NCBI GenBank assembly: GCA_030248215.1
Contig: JASANG010003765.1
Location: forward strand, 1-64,000
Source: Enoplolaimus lenunculus
Lineage: Eukaryota
DNA length: 64,000 nucleotides
Reading direction: 5' to 3'
Shown piece after piece: positions 1-9,700 of the stretch (the first letter of the stretch is position 1; the number at the start of each line of letters is the position of its first letter). The position numbers and the translations under genes were made by a program. The notes beneath the pieces are model-generated. The model saw only the letters and a list, made by a program, of their open reading frames with translations. It was not told where the DNA came from and made no database searches.

Positions 1-755
1 ATTATTTCTACTATTATATATACAAACGTATTGTCATTCAAGATCAACTGGAACCGGTGTTCATTCGCTATATTTAAAGAAAATTTGTCGAAGTATTAAA
101 CGTAAACGTTTTCATAAGATCGGAAGCGCAGAATTTCGCTTTGGTATTTGGATTTGAATCTCGTCGCAAAGGTGTTCTGCAGAATCGTATCGGTAAATAA
201 TTGAATTTTGATGTGCTACATAAAGTTACTCGTAACGACATACGCTTAGCTATTTATTTAACTTGAAAATACTTATTTGTTTAGTACGTATATATGCGAA
301 ACACGTTGAGTGGACAATTACGAAAACATTGGCTTATATGATTACAAATTAGAACAACAGATAGCGTAGTTCCGGTAAAGGCACGGTAGGTAGATCGGTA
401 CCCCTGAGAAACTGTAAGATTATGGGTGATTTTCCGACGTATTTGAGGCAGCTGATTTCAAATCTGTTATTTATATTCTCTTGCAGGCCCGAGTTTCAGC
501 TATATAATGCAAAGCCTAACTTTTGCCATCATTTATTTTGGCAACCGGTCTCACTTGCGTATCAAATGGCGCTCACACATGTCATAGCTCTTTCAACAGT
601 GATCAAATTCAAGGTTTTGTTATAAAATTTAGCACTAAATTTGCGTTTGTCTTCTCGCTAGAATTTTTCGAATTTGCCACTGACCATTAAAGTTAATATT
701 CCGTCCACATTTAGCAGAAATCGTTGTAAGGTACATTTACTTCTGTACCACGAGA

Positions 756-3700
756 ATGGTAGTGCTGGAACCAAGTGTATCGCGGTTTGGTTAAGCACTC
801 CAGGCAAAAATTGTCACTAAGGTTGATTGGGATACAAGATATTACATATTTTAGACAACACTACATGATAGACTAAGAATAAATTTATTAATTAGTTTAG
901 AGGAAACCACTGTGAGTTGTGTAGCGTTTACGAATACTTGTAAGTTAGCATATTTGTCGACTGTCGATACGTTTGCCTCGTCACTTATAGCAGAGTCTAC
1001 AGTAATTGTAGCGTTTTATTATTGTTGTTGTTGTTATTATTATTATCATTATTATTATTATTATTATTGTTGTTGTTGTTATTGTTATTATTATTATTAT
1101 TATTATTATTGATTTTTCATTATTTTAGCATCATATCGAAGCAACACTGGCCGCGTTATCATTAGCGGTCGGCCAGAACCAGTTCGGTACGGAAGTAGCA
1201 GCTCACGCAAGTTTCGGAAAGCATGTGTTTGTTTTCTGATTTTGATTCTGTTTGCTGCTATCGCTGCAACTCTTGGCGTTGTTGTGGCTTTGTACATTAA
1301 GCGAAACAAAGGTCAATCGACAAGCCCAAGTCCTTTGTCAACTTCCAGCGGTTTAACTTCGACAACAATATTTTCAACTGCCACTACTCCAGGTAAGCTT
1401 TGCTTTAATACATACTTGGGATTCTGTAATTGTTTAGAACATCGACAGCGTGTAATTTTAAGTTAAATATCGGACACGAAGCCTATAACTCATTATGTGG
1501 CACTGTTGCGAAAATAATTGTGACAATTTTAGGGGTTTTTAGTTGTAATTATGCAAGCGTTTGTTTTGAAATTATATCTGATGTGTTTTAAAGTGTATTC
1601 ATATATGTCGTGGCCGATCTGCTATTCAGTCCACTGATTTAATTGGCCAAGGCCGATTGGGGGTTGATCTTCGGAAAATAATTACCGAAAAAATGTGTTT
1701 TTTCATTCTTTTCCTTTTTTCCGAGGGGGTGGAAAAAATTGAAAAAATGGAAAATATTAAACGATTCTTAAAGATACCAACGGAGAATTTTTCCATTAAA
1801 TATAATTTACAACTAAAATGATGTACAATAACGTTTTTAGATGACATGTAACTACTTTACATGCAATACATTAACAATAACCGTGTGTATATGTCCAACA
1901 AGACACATTATATGTCTGAAAAGAGCGAAAATTGCAGCATATGAATATATTGATTTCTGAACTGAAGCTTTGCCACGAGATTTGATGTAAAACTACATAT
2001 ACATCTTGTTCGGTTCGCTCATCAGGTTTCACCGATAGTGGGGCCAACGTTAGGGCGCTCAAAATTGAAAGCTTACCTTTACCGCATGACTTAACACAAG
2101 AAAACGTCTATAGATTCAACCTTGCTTTGCTCGGGAGGTTTTAGCAACTGAGGAGCTTTTGATGTCATGTCAGAGGACTCCCAGAAGCGTGTTGGGGTTC
2201 AATATATACTTACAAAAACAAGTGTGACTAGCTAAAGACGAATATTATTAAATATTTCCCAATCAGACGTCTGGCTAACGAGATATTGTCAAATAACTAA
2301 ATTTGGCGAAGAACCATAATCGCAGGCAGCGCGCCAAATCAGTTGTTTGACAACAACTCGTTAAGCAGATGTCTGATCGCAGAAAACTTAACGCCAATCG
2401 ACTCAGCTGTGTAAACTGCGTCAAATGATACATAATTTGTCTAATTTTCCAAAAAAATTTTTGGGTCCAAAGGGCTGCTGACCTTGTGGCCTTAAAAATA
2501 GAATTTCTCGAAAATTCAGGTTTGGGCGCGGAATGATTAGGTGATATGTCATCAGAAGCTGAAATAGGCAAAAAAATTTAAAAATCCGAGCATTTTTGGG
2601 TAAACGCCGGCTTAGGGTTGGATAACCGATCACTACTGAGACAATGAATAAAATTATTCATTTTTTGCCATTTTTTCCGGAAAAATAGGAAAAATTCATT
2701 TTTTTCGGTTCTAATTTATTTCTGGACAAAAACAACCCTGTGCTATATATTGTAATAGCAAGTTGGCCTGGGCTAAACAGCTATTAAACTTATAGACCAA
2801 CCAGATTGGAACATTTGCATCACTGTTGTTTTGCGAAATCTTACAATCGCTATTTGGCCTTCGCCAAACTGCTATTTGCTTCGAATAACAGATTTTCCTA
2901 GACCAATTGGTAATTGGCCTGAATAGCAGATTGACCTGCGACATATATATATACTACACGCCACTAATTGTTACGAAATTACAAAAGCGAAACTTGCTTT
3001 ACAAATTTTACGCTAAAGAATTGACATCGTGATGGAAGTGTTATTAAAACCTGTCTAAACTTTGTGTTTTCATTCTTTAAGCGTATCCTTCGTACGAATT
3101 CAATGCACAGATCGAAGATATATCACAGCCATATGTCGAAGCGTTTGCTGATAGTACAAGCAAAGAATACAAGAACTACACAAGCCAGTTTAAGAAAAAT
3201 GTAAAGTTATTAACCAAGGTGTAACCGGATATCCGGTTCCGTTATTTTGAATCTTCACGTTTCTGATTTTCGTTAATTTTACTTTCCGTTTACACCCTGT
3301 TATTAACCACTCCTCACACACGTGAGATAAGAAAGAATCATTGCATACGCGCAATACACACAAAATGCGCAGGGTTAAACAATTAATACACGTATACGCA
3401 GTACAAAACTTTCCCAAGCTGTTGTAGCGCCCACGGAAAATAATTTTGCTGTTAAGCTAGCTACTTCCACTGTGCATAGTGCTAGTTTGCATAACATTAG
3501 TTGTACTTCCGCGTTGACAACTAGTTGCGGATTTTGTAGTCGAGAGAAACGGCTAGGTAGGATTTGTGGTGGTTCGTAATAGCGGTGTATGCTACATATT
3601 GTTTTTGTTCTTATTGTTTCATTGTAGGTTATATTTTGTGTTTTGTTGTATATTGTTATAGGTGTTTTTGTGATATCTTAAATAAATATAAAATTGACTA

Positions 3701-6700
3701 TGGTGGCCGGGCCGCTTTTGTTTTTCGTCATATTGAACACCTTCATAAATGGTGACCCCGACGTTGGTTTCGACGTCATTCGTCAAAACTTTGCATTTTT
3801 GTTCGTGCGATGGCCACAGCCGTTTATGCATCTCACAATCAATGCGATTGGTTGGTCCGCGGGTATAGTGCTGATCGTCGCGGTTGTCGACGCAATTGTA
3901 GCATGTTTACGGTGGCGCTTTGGGAAAAAACTCAGCGATAAACGTCGGCGACAAGAATGTGGTGTTCGCACGAGTCGCAAGAGAAGACAAACATACGGCA
4001 ATGTAAAATTGAGCTTATTGTCTTTGTTTACATATTTATGTTTGCAAATTCATGGGCATGATTATTGTGTTGCATTGCAGAATAATAGTGTTTTTGGGTG
4101 TTCTCGCATTTCTTATTTGTATGTTTCATGCGAGATTAGTGTGTCACATGCTTCGAAAATTTTGCGCCAGCAGCTCGTGAAGAAGCGAATAAAGTTTGAG
4201 AGGTATTGCGCGGGTAAGATAGGTTTTAGTCAAGCGTCTGCGTTAAGGCTTTTATTGCTTGTGGCGGGGGATATTGAGTCTAACCCCGGCCCAACGTTAA
4301 ATTTTGTGACTCCGCGTAATGAAGTGATGTCTTTATTCTCAGGTCCAACGTTTTCTTGTCGAAAAAGTGTTTTTCAGGCCCACGTAGCCTGCATTACGTC
4401 TGTTGAAGCTGTTTCAGATGTTCTCAATGTGTTATTTGCACATAGTAAGAAGATTGCGTCAGCCACACACAACATTTATGCATATAGGTTGAGCGCAGGT
4501 AGTGGGGATGATTCTGGCTATCAAGATGACGGGGAGACTGGTGCTGGTCGGCGGTTGCTTAAGGCTATAGAGCTAGCTAGCGTTACCAACGTAGTGGTCA
4601 TTGTTACGCGCTGGTACGGCGGAGTACATTTGGGGGCACATCGTTTTAGGATTATTTGCTCCCTTGGATGTGATGTACTCAAGAGTATTCAAGTTGACCG
4701 ACACTTGGTGATGCACAAAAAGTCTCCTCAATTATTGAATGAGAAACGCGAAGTTACGAAGGCATCGAGAGCATCAGAAGTTTTGACGAGTTGCAGGAAA
4801 CTGCCGTTACGACAAAAGAAAGTCGTTGAAGATTTCTTCCCCAGCTCCACATTTTGCAGTAACTTTGACTCTGGTCGTGACCGTGTGGACGGGCAGACAC
4901 GACGGCTTCTGGTGCAACCAGTGCAAGTAACAGGTAAAGGCAAGGACACTAGAAAACCTTTTGCTACAGTTGTGCGCCCATTTCCTGGTTTGTTGTTAGG
5001 ATTTCGCTTTTATGTGGTGTTTTTTGTTGTTTTGGTAGTGTGGATTAGATTTTTGTTATCTGCTGATGCGGAAATTATACCACGGCCACTCCGAATTATC
5101 ACGTGTTCTCAGCGCGTTTCTTGTATGTTATTTGGTACTAGTGATCGGCACGCTACTCAGTTGAGAATTTTGCTCCTAATGGCAGGCATAGAACCAAACC
5201 CTGGGCCACCGAAGTTGGATATCTCCGCGTTAGATAAGTATAGCAGGGAGACACTTGCACGGGCGCTGCAGTTAATTAATGAAGATGACATGGACTATGT
5301 CATGCCAGGTACAAAACGATTGATTATGGATGCTTTAGCTTTGTTTCCATCGGGTATAGTTAGTGTCGCGTTAAAGTGGGCGGACGGCAGACCGCAAAAC
5401 ACATCAGCAGAAGCGGTTGTAGATAATCGATTACCAAAACTTCCCGAATTTTACCAGCGAGATGTTCGAGTGTGGTTTACTCAGATAGAACCGTTAATCG
5501 AGGGGTTTTCGGACACCGCCAAGCGCAATGCACTATTAAACGCGCTTCCAACGAACGTGATGATTGACAGTGGCACTACAGCAACTGAAAGTTATTCTGC
5601 CATCAAAGATTGTGTACTGAATTACTTTGGCCAAAGTGAAGAAATGCAGTTGCGCAAATTGCTGGAACAGCAAACCTTAGGCGATAGGAAACCTTCGGTT
5701 CTGCTGCGCCAACTTCAATCTAAAGCGCCCGGTCACGCCGAACTCGTCAAGCTTCGTTTTATGGCTGCTCTTCCTGAAAAAGTAAGAATTTCGTTAGCAG
5801 TTGTAGATGATATGAATATTGAAAAACTGGCCAATCTTGCTGACAAAATATTGGAACAGTTGTCACCGGGAGTTGATGCTGAGGCTGGCATGTCAGCGGA
5901 AATTAGAAACATTAATGCTGACACCGCTAGCGTATTGCGTGAAGAAATGAAAACAATGTCGAACAGCATAGCACAGATAAATAAGCGAATGGAGGGTCTG
6001 AATAGATCGCGTGATCGGCATCGGCAAAATGGGCATAGGTATTCCCATTCTCGTCGTTCTGGGTCTAATCACCGTTCGTTGCCGCGCCAGAGGTTTGGCA
6101 ATCGGCAACTTTGTTTTTACCATTCAAGGTTCGGCGTGAGGGCCATGAAGTGTGTGAAGCCATGTGACTGGATTGTTAAAAAACCGGGAAACGTGTGGTC
6201 TCCGGTTCCACAGCGACAGGAACCGGAGTCCACACAATAAACGTCGCAACGCCCGAGTTTGGAATATTTTTGGCGGATACCGGCAGTGTTAAAAGTTTTC
6301 TCCCGAAGTTGTTTCGAACAAAAGATTGTGTTGATAATAATTCGAGTGCGCAAAACTTTTATGCAGCAAATGGTTCACTTGTAAAAACTTATGGGACGAA
6401 GGAGATAACTTTCCATATTCCCCAAATTGGTAAACAGTTTTCATGGAATTTTATTATTGCTGACGTTTTGCAACCTATCTTGGGGTCCGATTTTCTTAGT
6501 GAATACAATCTTGCTGTTGATTGCAGAAACTGCCATTTGATTGATGGATCAGCTATAATTAGAAAAGGGGATAGTTATGTTACCAATTCTGTTGCAAGTG
6601 TTGCCTCGCCTGGTGCTATCTGTTCGTTGGTTAGTAACAATAATGAAGATCTCAAGAAATTATTGGTCGAGTTTTCAGCACTGTTTAATAAGCCGTTGTG

Positions 6701-9700
6701 TGGGAGTAGTGTTCGTCATAAGATAACCCATAAAATTGAGACGAAAGGGCAGCCAGTTTTTGCTAAGCCGAGAAGAATTTTCGGGTCTAAACTTGATATT
6801 GCAAAAAAATCATTCGAAATACTTGAAAAACAGGGTGTGGTTTATAGAGGAGAATCCCCTTGGGCTTCCCCCCTTCACATGGCTCCTAAGAATGATGTTG
6901 TAAATCCATGGCGGCCATGCGGTGATTATCGCCAACTGAACAAGATCACGGTTCCAGACCGTTATCCTATGCCTAATATAACAGATTTGACTAATCGGTT
7001 AGGGAATTGCAACGTCTTTTCGAAGGTTGACCTTGTTTCCGCCTATCATCAAATACCGATTGCTGAAGAAGACCAAGCCAAAACAGCTATTACTACGCCT
7101 TTTGGTTTGTTCATTTACCGGCGCATGCCTTTCGGATTGCGCAATGCTGCGCAAACTTTCCAAAGATTGATGGACACTATTTTGTGTGATTTACCCTTCG
7201 CAATAGCTTATCTTGATGATATCTTGATAGCTAGCGGTAGCTTCGAGCAGCACGTGAAGCATTTGCGACGGGTTTTTAAGCGTTTGGAAGATAACGGTTT
7301 GCAGCTTAAAATGAAAAAATGCGAGTTTTTTGTTTCTCAAACATTATTTATCGGTTTTGAGGTTTCATCTAATGGTTTTAGGCCTATTTCGAGCAAAATT
7401 GATGCTATTTTGAATTATGAAAAGCCACAGACGGTAAGGAGTTTAAGACGTTTTGTTGGTATGGCGGCTTTTTATCACCGCTTTATCCCTAAGTTCTCTG
7501 AAATTGCCGCCCCCCTTACAGATCTGACAAGAAATGTTAAGAAAAATTCGAAACAACACTTGGTCTGGAATGCCGTGGCTGATAGATCATTTACTAATCT
7601 TAAGAAAGCATTAAGTAACAGTCGCACTTTATGTTTTCCTGTGGAGCATGCTGTTTTAGAAATTACAACTGATGCGTCTAATGTGGCAGTTGGAGCTGCT
7701 CTTAATCAGGTGGTTAATGGGCAGCGACAACCATTGTCATTTTATTCTCGTAAGCTTACAGATGCTGAAAAGAAAAAGTCGACCTTCGATAGAGAACTGC
7801 TTGCTATTTATGCTGCACTGAAGCATTTCAATTGGTTGCTTGGTGCTGAGTTTGTAATTCGTACTGACCACAAGCCTTTAACACATGCATTGGGAATGAA
7901 AAACGCAACGCCACAACAGGCCCGTTGGCTTTCATTTATTTCTGAACATAGCTGTTCTATTGAGCATGTTTCAGGCTGTGACAATATAGTGGCCGATGCG
8001 TTATCACGTTCTGGCTGTTTGGCGGTTCGTTTTGGTGACGACGATGCAATTGCTACTGCACAGCTGCAGGATCACGCTTTGCAACGGTTCTTCGAAACAA
8101 CGTCATTACCACTCCAAAAACTTGTTGTGAATGGTAAAACGTTAGTTTGTGATGCAACTACTGCATCGTTGAGAGTTTATGTTCCAGATTCGATGAGGCG
8201 CGCAATTTTTAAAGGTATCCACAACGTAGCTCATACTGGCCCGAAACCTACATTACGAACTATCGCTGAACGTTTTGTTTGGCCAGGAATGAACAAGCAA
8301 GTTCGTTATTGGTGTAAGGTCTGCAGCCAGTGCCAAACCAGCAAGATAGGTCGTCACACGCGAAGCCCTGTCGGAATTATTCCCACATCTGCCAGGTTGG
8401 ATACGATTCATATAGATATTGTAGGCCCTCTGCCAAATTCTGGTGGCTGTTCGTATCTTTTAACCATGATAGACAGGTTTACACGATGGCCTGAAGCGTG
8501 TCCAATTCCAGACATGTCAACTGTTACCATTGTCAATGCTTTTATCACTTCTTGGGTAAGCCGTTTTGGAGTTCCTCGTGTTATTATTTCAGATCGGGGA
8601 GCGCAGTTTGAGTCAGCAATTTGGTCCGAACTAATGCAGCAGTTGGGCATCGAGCGGAGAAGGACAACGGCATATCATCCATCCTGTAATGGTGCCATAG
8701 AGCGTTTTCACCGATCGTTGAAGGCCGCTCTGCGCTCGAAATGCGATTCGTTTAACTGGACAAAGCATTTGCCACTTGTTCTTTTAGGTCTCCGTTGTGC
8801 TATCAATCGAGATGGTTTCAATCCAGCTCAAGTATTATACGGCAAAAGTTTAGATTTACCCATTCATTATTTTTTTTCGAAAACACCTGAATATAAAGAG
8901 TACTCAAATCAATTTTTAGAGCAATTTTTCTCGGGGTTAAATAGTTTTTCAGTTCCTTCGCGGAGCCACAATGTTCCGTGTTTCGTACCGAAGGATTTGG
9001 GGTCGTGCAAATTCGTTTGGGTCAGAAATGCTGTACCTCGCAACGCTCTACAACCGCGCTATACGGGTCCTCATAAGGTCATTCAGCGGGATGGTAAAAC
9101 GATCGTTCTGGAGCAAAATGGAAAAGAAACTCGTGTGTCAATTGATCGCACAAAGCCCGCCTTTCTAGACGTGACCGTTGCTCACGGGATAGAGCACGGG
9201 TATCAACAGCTTAACGGAAAGGGCGATGGGCACAAGCGAGTGTTTAAAACGATTCTAAGAGCGAAGGTTACAAATTATAAAATGTTTAACCCTGCAACGC
9301 TTGCACACGGACATGTAGTGAGCGCTAAGGTGAAAAATTTTCCATCTTGGCCCGCACGTGTAGTTAGTATTGTTAATACACCTTTAGAAGCGCTTAGACA
9401 ACCAAAAAATACATGTGCAGTTCAATTTTTTAAAACTAATAGATATGCATTTATTCGGTATTCTGACTTGAGCCGTTTTACATTTAACACACAAACGAAT
9501 AATTCTGTTTTACGTTGTGCCTTACGTTTGGCAGAGGACTCTATTGAGAAGATTGGACTCTTCCGTGATCGTGTAAACAAAATACCACATGACACAGTTC
9601 ATTTGAAGCATGTTAGTTTTTTTGGAGGCATTAATTATCTAAAAAACCGGCGCTCCGCTCATAACGGCGGGGGTAATGTAGCGCCCACGGAAAATAATTT

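Noticed and set aside
3564..3755. Hydrophobic 63-68 aa ORF duplicated at 9818-10024
   Set aside because: It has a non-ATG start in T-rich LTR sequence, and the duplication simply reflects the two LTRs.
4339..4680. Host IMPACT gene or bacterial yigZ contamination
   Set aside because: The domain is intronless, lacks RWD, is in frame with Gag and lies between the LTRs. Its motifs look like eukaryotic IMPACT, and it lacks the YigZ C-terminal domain.
9100..9680. env gene or chromodomain after the integrase
   Set aside because: There is no separate third ORF, and the tail motifs fit PWWP rather than a chromodomain.
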